Source of the DNA: Ectothiorhodospiraceae bacterium WFHF3C12
GTDB lineage: Bacteria > Pseudomonadota > Gammaproteobacteria > Nitrococcales > Nitrococcaceae
Length of the DNA: 32,000 nt
Reading direction: 5' to 3'
Assembly: GCA_013519935.1 (NCBI GenBank)
Contig: JACDUA010000001.1
Span: 91,982-123,981 of the forward strand
Positions 1-8,503 of the stretch are shown one piece after another (within the stretch, counting starts at the first letter, position 1; each line of letters starts with the position of its first letter). The notes under the pieces are model-generated. The model saw nothing but the letters and a program-made list of their open reading frames with translations, had not been told where the DNA came from and made no database searches. Made by a program: the position numbers and the translations under genes.

Positions 1-24
1 TTGTTCGTTCAATGCCTCGCTCAT
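1..24 (-). CDS. 5' end of an anti-sigma-E factor (RseA/MucA-like), cut by the window edge
   Basis: The reverse strand reads ATG AGC GAG GCA TTG AAC GAA CAA (MSEALNEQ), starting 21 nt after the rpoE stop. This resembles the MucA N-terminus (MSREALQE) and fits the conserved rpoE-rseA order. Only 8 codons are visible. Confidence 0.4.
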
Positions 25-45
25 ATCCCGTCACCTACTCCAAAG

Positions 46-621
46 TCACGCCAGTAATGGACGCAGTCGTTTGTCGATTGCCTCGCGAGCCCGGAAGATC
101 CGCGAACGCACGGTACCAACCGGACACTCCATTGCCTGGGCGATCTCTTCGTAACTCAGCCCTTCGAGCTCCCGCAGCGTGATCGCCGTTCGCAGGTCCT
201 CCGGCAGCGCCTCGATGGCCTCCAGGACCGTGCGCTCGATCTCATCGCGCTGGGCCATGCCTTCCGGCGTATCCTGATCCTTCAGACGCGATTCGATGTC
301 ATATCGTTCCGCATCCTCGGCGTCGATGTCCGAATCCGGCGGCCGGCGCCCCTGGGCGACCACGTAGTTCTTCGCCGTGTTGATGCCGATCCGGTACAGC
401 CAGGTGTAGAAGCTGCTGTCGCCCCGGAAATTGGGCATGGCCCGGTAGGCCTTGATGAAGGCCTCCTGAGCGATGTCCATAGCGTCCGCCGGATCGTTCA
501 CATAGCGCATGATCAGCTTGACCAGCTTGTGCTGGTACTTGAGCACCAGAACATCGAAGGCACGCTTGTCGCCAGCCTTGACCCGTTCGACGAGCTCCCG
601 ATCCGCCTCAGCAGCGCTCAT
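46..621 (-). CDS. rpoE: ECF RNA polymerase sigma factor RpoE/AlgU (sigma-24)
   Basis: The 193-aa ORF (46-627) carries typical sigma-E regions 2 and 4 (DIAQEAFIKAYR, FYTWLYRIGINTAKN, LRELEGLSYEEIAQAMECPVGTVRSRIFRAREAI). The track start at 627 is a GTG. The ATG at 621 follows GGAG by 5 nt and is preferred. The gene is divergent from nadB, as in E. coli. Confidence 0.95.
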   Translation of the reverse strand: MSAAEADRELVERVKAGDKRAFDVLVLKYQHKLVKLIMRYVNDPADAMDIAQEAFIKAYRAMPNFRGDSSFYTWLYRIGINTAKNYVVAQGRRPPDSDIDAEDAERYDIESRLKDQDTPEGMAQRDEIERTVLEAIEALPEDLRTAITLRELEGLSYEEIAQAMECPVGTVRSRIFRAREAIDKRLRPLLA

Positions 622-667
622 GCACACTCCGCTGCCGTAGGGTCGGCGCCGTCGTCGAACTCACGGG

Positions 668-694
668 GTAGACAGCCTGTGGGTAGGATAGTTC
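668..694 (-). promoter_or_regulatory. Candidate sigma-E-type autoregulated promoter of rpoE
   Basis: The minus strand reads GAACTA (694-689), a 16-nt spacer, then TCTAC (672-668). This is close to the RpoE/AlgU consensus GAACTT-N16/17-TCTGA. It lies about 40-45 nt upstream of the rpoE ATG. Confidence 0.4.
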
Positions 695-1019
695 GCGCAT
701 CATCGCCGCTTGGAGGTATAGTGTCTCGCCGCATTCGTATGCCGGCCTGCTTCGTTGCTCCCGGCCGCCTGGGCGCACCGCGCGGCGGACACCCAATTGG
801 TCCGTATGGCCGGCAGTCGTGTCGAACCGCCGCCATTTCCGTCCCCTACGTCCAGATGGTGGTTGTAGCCGGCCAGACAACCGCCGAAGCATTTTGCTGC
901 ATCGGAAACGCGGGCGCGACGGGCACCGAGATTATCCGATAGCCTTCCGCCGGTGCAACTCGCCGGCGGGTCCCTGCCGAGGGTAACGGCGCGGCGTCTG
1001 AAGCGGGAATCGAACCGAT

Positions 1020-2645
1020 ATGGACGAGACATTCGACGTTCTGATCATTGGCAGCGGCGCGGCCGGCCTCGCCCTGGCACTGCAACTGCCCGCGGACCTC
1101 CGCATCGCGGTGTTGTCAAAAGGCGAGCTCACCGCCGGCTCCAGCATGTGGGCCCAGGGCGGCATCGCCGCCGTATTGGAGGACACCGACAGCGTCGAAG
1201 ACCATGTCGAAGACACACTCGTGGCCGGTGCCGGGCTTACCGACGCTTCGGTGGCCCGCTTCGTCGCCGAGCAGGCGGCTGACTGCATCCACTGGCTGCT
1301 GCATGAGCGCGTCCCCTTTTCCACCGAGCACCGCGACGGAAAAGATCAGCTGCACCTCACCCGGGAAGGCGGCCACAGCCACCGCCGTATCGTGCACGCA
1401 GCCGACGCCACCGGCCGTGCCATCGAGACGACCCTGGAGGAGCAAGCCCGCGCCCGGGCCAACATCACACTCCTGGAGCATCACAACGCCGTCGACCTGA
1501 TCACGGCCCGTCGGCTGGGTCATGGCGAGGACCGTTGCCTGGGCGCGTTCGTGCTGGATAACCAGACGGGGCACGTGCATACGTACGCCGCGGCCAGGAC
1601 GGTCCTCGCCACCGGCGGCGCCAGCCGCGTCTATCTCTATACCAGCAACCCGGACGGTGCCACCGGGGACGGTATCGCCATGGCCTGGCGGGCGGGTTGC
1701 CGGGTGGCGAACATGGAATTCAACCAGTTCCATCCCACCTGCCTGTACCACCCCCATGCGAAGTCCTTTCTCATCAGCGAGGCGGTGCGCGGCGAAGGCG
1801 GCATTCTGCGGCTGCCCGACGGCGAACGGTTCATGCCGCGGTTCGACGAGCGCGCCGAGCTGGCGCCGCGGGACATTGTCGCCAGGGCTATCGACCACGA
1901 GATGAAACGCCTGGGCGCCGATTGCGTCTACCTCGACATCAGTCACAAGCCGGAAGCGTTCATCCGCGAGCACTTTCCGAATATCCACGCCCGGTGCCTG
2001 GAATTCGGCATCGACATGACAAGGGAACCGATACCGGTGGTGCCGGCGGCCCACTACACATGTGGCGGTGTCGTCGTGGACAAGGCCGGCCATACCGACG
2101 TGCCGGGTCTCTACGCCGTTGGCGAGACATCCTTCACCGGCCTCCATGGCGCCAACCGGCTGGCGAGCAACTCGCTGCTCGAGTGCCTGGTATACGCCCG
2201 CGCCGCGGCGGCGGATATCGCCGCTACGCTTCGTGACAATCCCCCCGCCATACCGGCCCTGCCAGCCTGGGATGAGCGCCATGTCACCGATTCCGACGAA
2301 CAGGTGGTGGTCAGCCACAACTGGCACGAGCTACGCCAGTTCATGTGGGACTACGTCGGCATCGTGCGCACCAACAAGCGCCTGGAGCGCGCCAGGCGGC
2401 GGGCGGACATGCTCCACCGGGAGATCCACGAGTATTACCGCAACTTCCGCATTACCGCGGATCTCATCGAGCTGCGCAATCTGGCCCTCGTGGCCGAGCT
2501 CATCATCCGCAGCGCCCAGGCGCGCACCGAAAGCCGGGGTCTGCATTTCAGCCTGGATTACCCGGCAGCCGGCAACGGCAGCGAGGCCCACCCCACCATC
2601 CTCGGCCCCAGCGCGCCGCCGCCCTACCGCAATCTGCTCAAATAA
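1020..2645 (+). CDS. nadB: L-aspartate oxidase (NAD biosynthesis)
   Basis: The 541-aa ORF has an N-terminal FAD fold ([12 protein letters not shown]) and motifs shared with the SdhA/FrdA family ([20 protein letters not shown]). Its length and its position divergent from rpoE match NadB. Confidence 0.95.
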   Translation: MDETFDVLIIGSGAAGLALALQLPADLRIAVLSKGELTAGSSMWAQGGIAAVLEDTDSVEDHVEDTLVAGAGLTDASVARFVAEQAADCIHWLLHERVPFSTEHRDGKDQLHLTREGGHSHRRIVHAADATGRAIETTLEEQARARANITLLEHHNAVDLITARRLGHGEDRCLGAFVLDNQTGHVHTYAAARTVLATGGASRVYLYTSNPDGATGDGIAMAWRAGCRVANMEFNQFHPTCLYHPHAKSFLISEAVRGEGGILRLPDGERFMPRFDERAELAPRDIVARAIDHEMKRLGADCVYLDISHKPEAFIREHFPNIHARCLEFGIDMTREPIPVVPAAHYTCGGVVVDKAGHTDVPGLYAVGETSFTGLHGANRLASNSLLECLVYARAAAADIAATLRDNPPAIPALPAWDERHVTDSDEQVVVSHNWHELRQFMWDYVGIVRTNKRLERARRRADMLHREIHEYYRNFRITADLIELRNLALVAELIIRSAQARTESRGLHFSLDYPAAGNGSEAHPTILGPSAPPPYRNLLK

Positions 2646-2659
2646 TCCGGCGGGAGCGA

Positions 2660-2678
2660 CCCGTTTTAGATCAACGGG
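2660..2678. terminator. Weak hairpin between convergent nadB and ygfX-like
   Basis: CCCGTT (2660-2665), loop TTAGATC, AACGGG (2673-2678). No clear U-run follows on either strand, so this is only a tentative bidirectional terminator. Confidence 0.25.
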
Positions 2679-2688
2679 GTATGCGTGC

Positions 2689-3138
2689 CTATTCAAGGCG
2701 CAGGTGTACCCGCAGCTGCCGATAGGCATCGGGGCCGAGGGCATCGCGCCAGACGAGGCAGGCGGGGCCGAGCGCCAGGCTCCGCTCGGCCGTCAATTCC
2801 AGGTAGGCGCAGTACCGGTTGGACCAGGCCCGGGCAAGCTCGCCGCGACGACGGCGCCCATCGCCGTAGTGGAAGCTCCACTGGCGTCCCCGGCGCGTTA
2901 CGCGCGAGATGCGCCGGCCTTCATGCAGCACGCCGCAGCGGCGGGCTTCCAGAACGCCCCAGGCCACATGTAGCCCGCACCAGCAGAAAACGGCGAGAAG
3001 ATTCAGGTTCAGGGCGGGCGGCAGCGCCAGCGGCAGGAACGTGCCGGCTGCAATCACGCGTGCCTGCAGCGGGGAACGCCGCAGATCAAGGTCGAGCGTG
3101 GGCGAGAATCCGTTCGACGAGTGCCCGCTGTGCCCCAT
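2689..3138 (-). CDS. ygfX: YgfX/CptA-like small inner-membrane protein (DUF1434)
   Basis: The 149-aa ORF lies immediately downstream of sdhE, as ygfY-ygfX do in E. coli. It has two hydrophobic segments (VIAAGTFLPLAL, LNLLAVFCWCGLHVAW). Its C-terminus (WRDALGPDAYRQLRVHL) resembles E. coli YgfX (DSMDEAEWRDLRRIL). The ATG at 3138 overlaps sdhE by 53 nt, so the start is uncertain. Confidence 0.65.
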   Translation of the reverse strand: MGHSGHSSNGFSPTLDLDLRRSPLQARVIAAGTFLPLALPPALNLNLLAVFCWCGLHVAWGVLEARRCGVLHEGRRISRVTRRGRQWSFHYGDGRRRRGELARAWSNRYCAYLELTAERSLALGPACLVWRDALGPDAYRQLRVHLRLE

Positions 3139-3328
3139 CCCTGGGCTCCTGCCGGCCGAAGAAATAGTCCGTGAGAAGATCGTCCTGTTCGTCCAGCAGC
3201 TGGTCGAATACCGCCAGCTCCTCGGCCGTCAGCGTCTCGGCGCCGTTGCGCAGAAAGGCGCCGAGGATTGCATCCAGCTCCTTGGTGCCGCGCCGGCATT
3301 TCCAGCGCAGCCGGGACAGCTCGCTCAA
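3086..3328 (-). CDS. sdhE: FAD assembly factor SdhE (YgfY/CptB; SDHAF2 family)
   Basis: The 80-aa ORF carries the family signature RGxxE in LRWKCRRGTKELD (E. coli SdhE has WACRRGMRELD). Size and position, downstream of sdhB and upstream of ygfX-like, both fit. Confidence 0.9.
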   Translation of the reverse strand: MSELSRLRWKCRRGTKELDAILGAFLRNGAETLTAEELAVFDQLLDEQDDLLTDYFFGRQEPRDGAQRALVERILAHARP

Positions 3329-3352
3329 CCTCGCGCCTCCTGCAATGGGCCG

Positions 3353-4132
3353 CTAGCGCCGCTCGATCATGAGCTTCTTGATCTCGGCGATGGCCTTGGC
3401 GGGATTCAGTCCCTTCGGGCAGACCGAGGTGCAGTTCATGATCGTGTGGCAGCGATAGAGCTTGAACGGATCCTCCAGATCGTCCAGCCGCTCGCCGGTG
3501 GCCTCGTCACGGCTGTCGGCGATCCACCGGTAGGCCTGCAGCAGCACGGCCGGGCCGAGGTAGCGATCGGGGTTCCACCAGTAGCTCGGGCAGGAAGTCG
3601 AGCAACAGGCGCAAAGAATGCATTCGTACAGACCGTCGAGCTCCGCACGGTCTTCCTTGGACTGCAGCCGCTCGCGATCCGGCGGCGCCGGCGTCTGGGT
3701 ACGGATCCAGGGCTTGATGGACGCGTACTGGGCATAGAAGTGGGTCAGGTCCGGCACCAGGTCCTTGACCACCGGCATGGACGGCAGCGGATAGACGCGC
3801 ACCTCCCCCTTCACGTCCTCCACGGCCTTGGTGCAGGCCAGGGTGTTCTGCCCATCGATGTTCATGGCGCAGGAGCCGCAGATACCCTCGCGGCAGGAGC
3901 GGCGGAAGGTCAGCGTCGAGTCCACCTCGTTCTTGATCTTGATGAGGGCGTCGAGGACCATCGGTCCGCAACTGCCCATGTCCACCTCGTAGGCATCCAG
4001 CCGGGGATTGCGCCCGCTGTCCGGATCCCACCGGTAAACCTTGAACACCTTGATGTCCTTGGCGCCGGAGGGAGCGGTATAGCGCTCGCCCTCGGTCACC
4101 TTGGAGTTCGCCGGCAAACTGAACTTGGCCAT
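3353..4132 (-). CDS. sdhB: Succinate dehydrogenase iron-sulfur subunit
   Basis: The 259-aa ORF has all three Cys clusters ([50 protein letters not shown]). Its sequence is of the mitochondrial/alphaproteobacterial SdhB type. Confidence 0.97.
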   Translation of the reverse strand: MAKFSLPANSKVTEGERYTAPSGAKDIKVFKVYRWDPDSGRNPRLDAYEVDMGSCGPMVLDALIKIKNEVDSTLTFRRSCREGICGSCAMNIDGQNTLACTKAVEDVKGEVRVYPLPSMPVVKDLVPDLTHFYAQYASIKPWIRTQTPAPPDRERLQSKEDRAELDGLYECILCACCSTSCPSYWWNPDRYLGPAVLLQAYRWIADSRDEATGERLDDLEDPFKLYRCHTIMNCTSVCPKGLNPAKAIAEIKKLMIERR

Positions 4133-4191
4133 TGGCTGAACCTCGCTACTCGTGCTTTTCTGACCGATTCCCGGAGACCGTGGTTCCGCGC

Positions 4192-5991
4192 CTAGTAGAC
4201 CCGGGCCTTGGGCGGAATGGCCTCGATTTCGTCGGTCAAGGTGTTCATGTGCACGGGCCGGTAGTCGATCTTTACCTGCCCCTTCTGATCCATCCAGCTG
4301 ATGGTGTGCTTCATCCAGTTCTCGTCGTCACGGTCCGTGTAATCCTCGCGGGCGTGGGCCCCCCGGCTCTCGGTGCGGTTACGCGCCGACTCCACGGACG
4401 TGATGGCGTTACCCAGAAGGTTCTCCAGCTCCAGGGTCTCCACCAGATCCGTGTTCCAGATCAGGCCGCGGTCGGCCACCTTGACGTCGGCGAACGCCTC
4501 GTGGACCTGCTGCATCCGCGTGCAGCCCTCTTCCAGGGTCTCGCCGGTGCGGAACACCGCCGCGTAGTTCTGCATGGTGCGCTGCATCCGATCGCGGATA
4601 TCCGCCGTGGGCGTGGAACCGTTGGCGTTGCGCAGCCGTTCCAGGCGCTCCAGCGAGAAATCCGCGGAATCCCCGGGCAGCGGCTTGTGATTGTCCCCCG
4701 CCTCGTCGACCAGTTCCGCGGCCCGAATGGCCGCCGCACGACCGAAGACCACCAGGTCCAGCAGCGAATTCGAACCGAGACGGTTGGCGCCGTGAACGGA
4801 AACACAGGCGGCTTCGCCAATGGCCATCAGGCCCGGGACCACCGCATCCGGGTCGCCGTCGCGCAGCGTGACGACCTCGCCCAGGTAGTTGGTCGGAATG
4901 CCGCCCATGTTGTAGTGCACCGTGGGCAGCACCGGAATGGGCTCCTTGGTAACGTCCACGCCGGCGAAGATGCGCGCGGTCTCGGCAATGCCGGGCAGCC
5001 GCTCGTTGATGACCTCGGGACCCAGGTGCTCGAGATGCAGGTGAATGTGATCCTGCTCCGGCCCGACGCCCCGTCCCTCGCGAATCTCGATGGTCATCGA
5101 ACGGCTGACCACGTCGCGCGAGGCCAAATCCTTGGCGTTGGGGGCATAGCGCTCCATGAAACGCTCGCCCTCGGAGTTGGTCAGGTAACCCCCCTCGCCG
5201 CGCACGCCCTCGGTGATCAGACAGCCGGCGCCGTACACCCCCGTGGGATGGAACTGGATGAACTCCATGTCCTGAAGCGGCAGCCCGGCGCGCAGTACCA
5301 TGCCGGCGCCGTCGCCGGTGCAGGTGTGGGCCGACGTGCAGGAGAAATACGTGCGGCCGTAACCGCCGGTGGCGAGGACCACCTGATGGGCGCGGAAGCG
5401 GTGAATCCGGCCCGTGGCCAGCTCCAGGGCAATGACGCCGCGGCAGGCACCCTCCTCGTCCATGATGAGATCCAGGGCGAAGAACTCGATGAAGAACTCG
5501 GCCTGATGCTTCAGCGACTGCTGGTAGAGCGTGTGCAGGATAGCGTGGCCCGTGCGGTCCGCGGCGGCGCAGGTGCGCTGGGCGCGGCCTTCGCCGAAGT
5601 GCGTGGTCATGCCGCCGAATGGCCGCTGGTAGATCTTGCCTTCGTCGGTACGGGAGAACGGCACGCCGTAGTGCTCCAGCTCGATGATCGCCGGAATGGC
5701 CTCCCGGCACATGTACTCGATGGCGTCCTGGTCGCCGAGCCAGTCGGAGCCCTTGACGGTGTCGTACATGTGCCAGCGCCAGTCGTCCTCGCCCATGTTG
5801 CCGAGGGCGGCGCTGACGCCGCCCTGGGCCGCCACGGTATGGCTGCGGGTCGGGAAGACCTTCGTCACGCAGGCGGTCTTCAGCCCCTTCTCCGCCATGC
5901 CGAACGTAGCACGGAGGCCTGCGCCGCCCGCGCCCACGACCACGACGTCGTAAGTGTGATCAATAATCTCGTAGTCGCCCGACATGGACAT
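4192..5991 (-). CDS. sdhA: Succinate dehydrogenase flavoprotein subunit
   Basis: The 599-aa ORF has the FAD fold [12 protein letters not shown], the covalent-FAD histidine context ([10 protein letters not shown]), and HPTG, RGEGG and [13 protein letters not shown]. The ATG at 5991 follows a GGAGG embedded in the sdhD 3' end. Confidence 0.97.
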   Translation of the reverse strand: MSMSGDYEIIDHTYDVVVVGAGGAGLRATFGMAEKGLKTACVTKVFPTRSHTVAAQGGVSAALGNMGEDDWRWHMYDTVKGSDWLGDQDAIEYMCREAIPAIIELEHYGVPFSRTDEGKIYQRPFGGMTTHFGEGRAQRTCAAADRTGHAILHTLYQQSLKHQAEFFIEFFALDLIMDEEGACRGVIALELATGRIHRFRAHQVVLATGGYGRTYFSCTSAHTCTGDGAGMVLRAGLPLQDMEFIQFHPTGVYGAGCLITEGVRGEGGYLTNSEGERFMERYAPNAKDLASRDVVSRSMTIEIREGRGVGPEQDHIHLHLEHLGPEVINERLPGIAETARIFAGVDVTKEPIPVLPTVHYNMGGIPTNYLGEVVTLRDGDPDAVVPGLMAIGEAACVSVHGANRLGSNSLLDLVVFGRAAAIRAAELVDEAGDNHKPLPGDSADFSLERLERLRNANGSTPTADIRDRMQRTMQNYAAVFRTGETLEEGCTRMQQVHEAFADVKVADRGLIWNTDLVETLELENLLGNAITSVESARNRTESRGAHAREDYTDRDDENWMKHTISWMDQKGQVKIDYRPVHMNTLTDEIEAIPPKARVY

Positions 5992-6378
5992 TCAGCCTCC
6001 AAAAGCGATCGACAGGACGGCGAAAATGCCGGCCAGCGCCAGCAAAATCGCGGCGGCACGAACCAGCAGGAGCAGCACCAGCTTCAACCCCTCCCCGTCC
6101 ACGTAATCCTCGATGACCACCTGCACGCCCAGGGCGCCGTGGTAGAAAACCGCGCCCAGCGTCACGACCATCAGCACGGCCGTCACGGGCGAGCCGACCC
6201 ACTCGCGGGCGGCCGCGTAGTCCGCGCCGCCGTGCACGGCGATCCCGATGACGAACCAGAGCAGAAGCGGGATGAGCGCCAGGGCCGTCGTTCGCTGGGC
6301 CCACCAGTGGCCGACGCCGAAGTGCGACGAGCCCAGCCCCCGGGCGTCCTTGATCGGTGTACGGAACTCGCTCATCAC
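5992..6378 (-). CDS. sdhD: Succinate dehydrogenase membrane anchor subunit
   Basis: The 128-aa hydrophobic ORF has three predicted TM segments and HFGVGHWWAQRTTA. It sits between sdhC and sdhA. The GTG at 6378 or the ATG at 6375 overlaps the sdhC stop. Confidence 0.85.
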   Translation of the reverse strand: MMSEFRTPIKDARGLGSSHFGVGHWWAQRTTALALIPLLLWFVIGIAVHGGADYAAAREWVGSPVTAVLMVVTLGAVFYHGALGVQVVIEDYVDGEGLKLVLLLLVRAAAILLALAGIFAVLSIAFGG

Positions 6379-6767
6379 GCACCCCCCACGCTATATCCGA
6401 TGACCCAGGCGATAATCGTCAGAACGACCGCGGCGGCGATGGCCGCCTGGCCGGTGCGGTGGGCGGTTTCCAGCTCGAAACCGTAGCCCGCGTCCCAGAA
6501 GAGATGCCTTATGCCGTTGGCCAGGTGGTAGAACAGGGCCAGGCTGAAGAGGATCATCACGATCTGACCGATTACGCTGCCGGCAGCCGCCTGGGCCGCG
6601 GCGTAAGCCTCAGGGCCGGAGGCCAGCGCCACCAGCCAGTACACCATGCCGAACGCACCGAGCCCGAGCAGCAGTCCGCTGAGGCGGTGGGTAATGGAGG
6701 TGATGGCGGTAAGGGGTAACCGATAGATCTGCAGGTGTGGCGAAAGCGGCCGGTTATCGCTCTGCAT
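6375..6767 (-). CDS. sdhC: Succinate dehydrogenase cytochrome b556 subunit
   Basis: The track ORF (6375-6860) has an implausible leader. The internal ATG at 6767 gives MQSDNRPLSPHLQIYRLPLTAITSITHRLSG, the conserved SdhC N-terminal motif. Three TM segments follow. Confidence 0.85.
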   Translation of the reverse strand: MQSDNRPLSPHLQIYRLPLTAITSITHRLSGLLLGLGAFGMVYWLVALASGPEAYAAAQAAAGSVIGQIVMILFSLALFYHLANGIRHLFWDAGYGFELETAHRTGQAAIAAAVVLTIIAWVIGYSVGGA

Positions 6768-6810
6768 CTGTTCACTCGCTCCGCGTGATCCGGTCTTGGA
6801 ACCGGCGGGA

Positions 6811-6839
6811 AAATTAAACCGTAACGCCCCCGTTTGCAA
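6811..6839 (-). promoter_or_regulatory. Candidate sigma-70 promoter for sdhCDAB
   Basis: The minus strand reads TTGCAA (6839-6834), a 17-nt spacer, then TAATTT (6816-6811). This is about 45 nt upstream of the sdhC ATG. The palindrome CCGGTTCCAAGACCGG lies in the predicted 5' UTR. Confidence 0.35.
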
Positions 6840-6904
6840 GCGCCAGCCGGCCGCAGGCACCGGTTCTGCGGGACTAACGCATTGACCCTTCGGGGAATTA
6901 CAGA

Positions 6905-6929
6905 CTTGTACGCAGTACCACTCTTGTAC
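6905..6929. repeat. Direct repeat CTTGTAC x2 upstream of sdhC
   Basis: CTTGTAC occurs at 6905-6911 and 6923-6929, an 18-bp period. The first copy is part of TGTACGCAGTAC. The repeat lies between the DUF1674 gene and the predicted sdhC promoter. Confidence 0.3.
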
Positions 6930-7009
6930 AGCCTTTGCGCGGCAACGCCCGCCGCATCGCCGGGGCCGGCGGTTGCTCCGGAGAAATACCGCAGCGCCGG
7001 CTCGACGGA

Positions 7010-7195
7010 TCAGAAATCGCTACAACGCCCGTTTCGTTCCCAGTCGCCGTAGCGGGTGGGTTCCGGGCCCTTGACGCCCCCGTTCTCGTTGGGCCAGGTG
7101 GACGGATCGTCCCAATCGACCTGGTCCTTGGCCTGCGAATCGCGCGTCCCCGCCCCGACACCTCGATCCTGGGACTGACGTTCCTTCTCGGACAT
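7010..7195 (-). CDS. DUF1674 protein, bacterial homologue of SDH assembly factor 4 (SDHAF4)
   Basis: The 61-aa product ends in GPEPTRYGDWERNGRCSDF, essentially the DUF1674/SDHAF4 C-terminal signature (PEPTRYGDWERKGRCIDF in eukaryotic SDHAF4). The ATG at 7195 follows GGAGG by 5 nt. The track start at 7201 is a GTG. Confidence 0.8.
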   Translation of the reverse strand: MSEKERQSQDRGVGAGTRDSQAKDQVDWDDPSTWPNENGGVKGPEPTRYGDWERNGRCSDF

Positions 7196-7323
7196 GCGCA
7201 CCTCCGCCGGGGTTGACCAAAGAGTTAGAATTATCGCATATCAATCGACCGACGTCCGCCCGACGCCCGAGTGGTGTCGCACGCGGCATGCTCGCCCACC
7301 ACGCCCACTCAATCGGAGTCACC

Positions 7324-8361
7324 ATGCACGAGCCCTGGTCCGCGCTGCTGGAGGAAAAGCCGCCCGGTGACAATGACCGTATCGCCCATTTCGGCGATCC
7401 CGACGCCGAGCTGCATGCCGCCGAGCACGCCGGTATCGTCGTACCGCTGACCGACACCGGATTTATCGGCGCCTACGGCCCGGATGCCCGGACCTTCCTC
7501 CACGGGCAGCTCACCCAGGCCATCGAGGACCTGCCCGAAGAGCGCTGGCGGCTGGCCGGCTACTGCTCGCCCAAGGGCCGCCTACTGGCCCTGCTGCGGG
7601 TCATGGAGGACGGCGGCGAGGGCGTGCTCGGTCTGTTGGACCGCGACATTGTCGAGTCCACTCTGGGGCGGTTGCGGATGTTCGTGCTCCGATCCCGGGT
7701 GGCGCTGGAAAACCTGACCGGGCAAACGGCCGCCCTGGGCCTCGCCGGCGCCCCGGCGGTGGAGCTGATCAGCGAGCTGGCCGGAACGCCGCCGGCCGAG
7801 CACGGCGGCGTCAGCGAGGCCGGCGACCTGCGCGTACTGCGGCTGGGCGACGACGGCAACGTCCCGCGATTCATCCTGGTCACCCCGGCCAGTGAGCTTC
7901 GCAACATCTGGAATATGCTTGGCCGCGGCCTCACGGCCGCCGGCGGCAATGCCTGGGAACTGCTCGCCATCCGCTCTGGGGAACCGGCCATTACCGGGCC
8001 CAACGTGGAGGCCTTCGTGCCACAGATGGTGAACCTGGAGCTCATAGACGGGGTGAGCTTTTCCAAGGGGTGCTATCCCGGCCAGGAAATCGTTGCCCGC
8101 ATGCACTACAGGGGCCAGGCAAAACGGCGGATGTTCCGGATCGTGCTCGATACCGACGAACCCCCGGAGCCGGGCACGGCCGTGCGTACCGGGCAGGAGC
8201 AGGAGGCCGGCACCATCGTCCGCGCCGCCCGCAACCGTCAGGGCCGCGTCGAGGCGCTGGCGGTGCTGCCATTGGCCCGCGTGGCCGAGGAGCGGCTGTT
8301 CGTCGACGGGGTCGCCGTCGAGCTGGAGACGTTGCCGTACCCAATCCCGACCGGGGAATAG
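7324..8361 (+). CDS. ygfZ: Folate-binding Fe-S cluster repair/tRNA-modification protein YgfZ (CAF17/IBA57 family)
   Basis: Contains the family signature KGCYPGQEIVARMHYRG. The ATG at 7324 follows GGAG by 5 nt. The track extension from 7213 is Arg/Ser-rich and unlikely to be translated. Confidence 0.9.
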   Translation: MHEPWSALLEEKPPGDNDRIAHFGDPDAELHAAEHAGIVVPLTDTGFIGAYGPDARTFLHGQLTQAIEDLPEERWRLAGYCSPKGRLLALLRVMEDGGEGVLGLLDRDIVESTLGRLRMFVLRSRVALENLTGQTAALGLAGAPAVELISELAGTPPAEHGGVSEAGDLRVLRLGDDGNVPRFILVTPASELRNIWNMLGRGLTAAGGNAWELLAIRSGEPAITGPNVEAFVPQMVNLELIDGVSFSKGCYPGQEIVARMHYRGQAKRRMFRIVLDTDEPPEPGTAVRTGQEQEAGTIVRAARNRQGRVEALAVLPLARVAEERLFVDGVAVELETLPYPIPTGE

Positions 8362-8468
8362 GCGCCACCTCCACCCCTTCGTCGGGTCGACTGGCGATGC
8401 GTATCGCACCGACCGGGACAGTTATTTGGGTTGGACGGGCTCGCCATCCGGCATCCCTCCGCCCAGCG

Positions 8469-8493
8469 TCGGCACCGGCTTCGCCGGTGTCGA
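8469..8493 (-). terminator. Hairpin downstream of lysS
   Basis: CACCGGC (8473-8479), loop TTC, GCCGGTG (8483-8489), extended by TCG/CGA. It starts about 11 nt after the lysS stop. No U-run follows. A second hairpin lies at 8385-8414 after ygfZ. Confidence 0.3.
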
Positions 8494-8503
8494 CCTACGG
8501 CGC

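Noticed and set aside
1006-1016. GGTTCGATTCC (minus strand), which resembles a tRNA T-loop, just upstream of nadB.
   Set aside because: The flanking bases form at most 2 bp of a T-stem. No acceptor, D or anticodon arms can be drawn, so it is not a tRNA.
4132-6486. 784-aa ORF on the + strand, the longest + strand ORF in this part of the window.
   Set aside because: It is entirely antisense to sdhA and sdhD, whose products are unmistakable. Its translation is low-complexity (Arg/Gly/Ala/Val/His-rich) with no recognisable domain. Long stop-free antisense frames are expected at this GC content.
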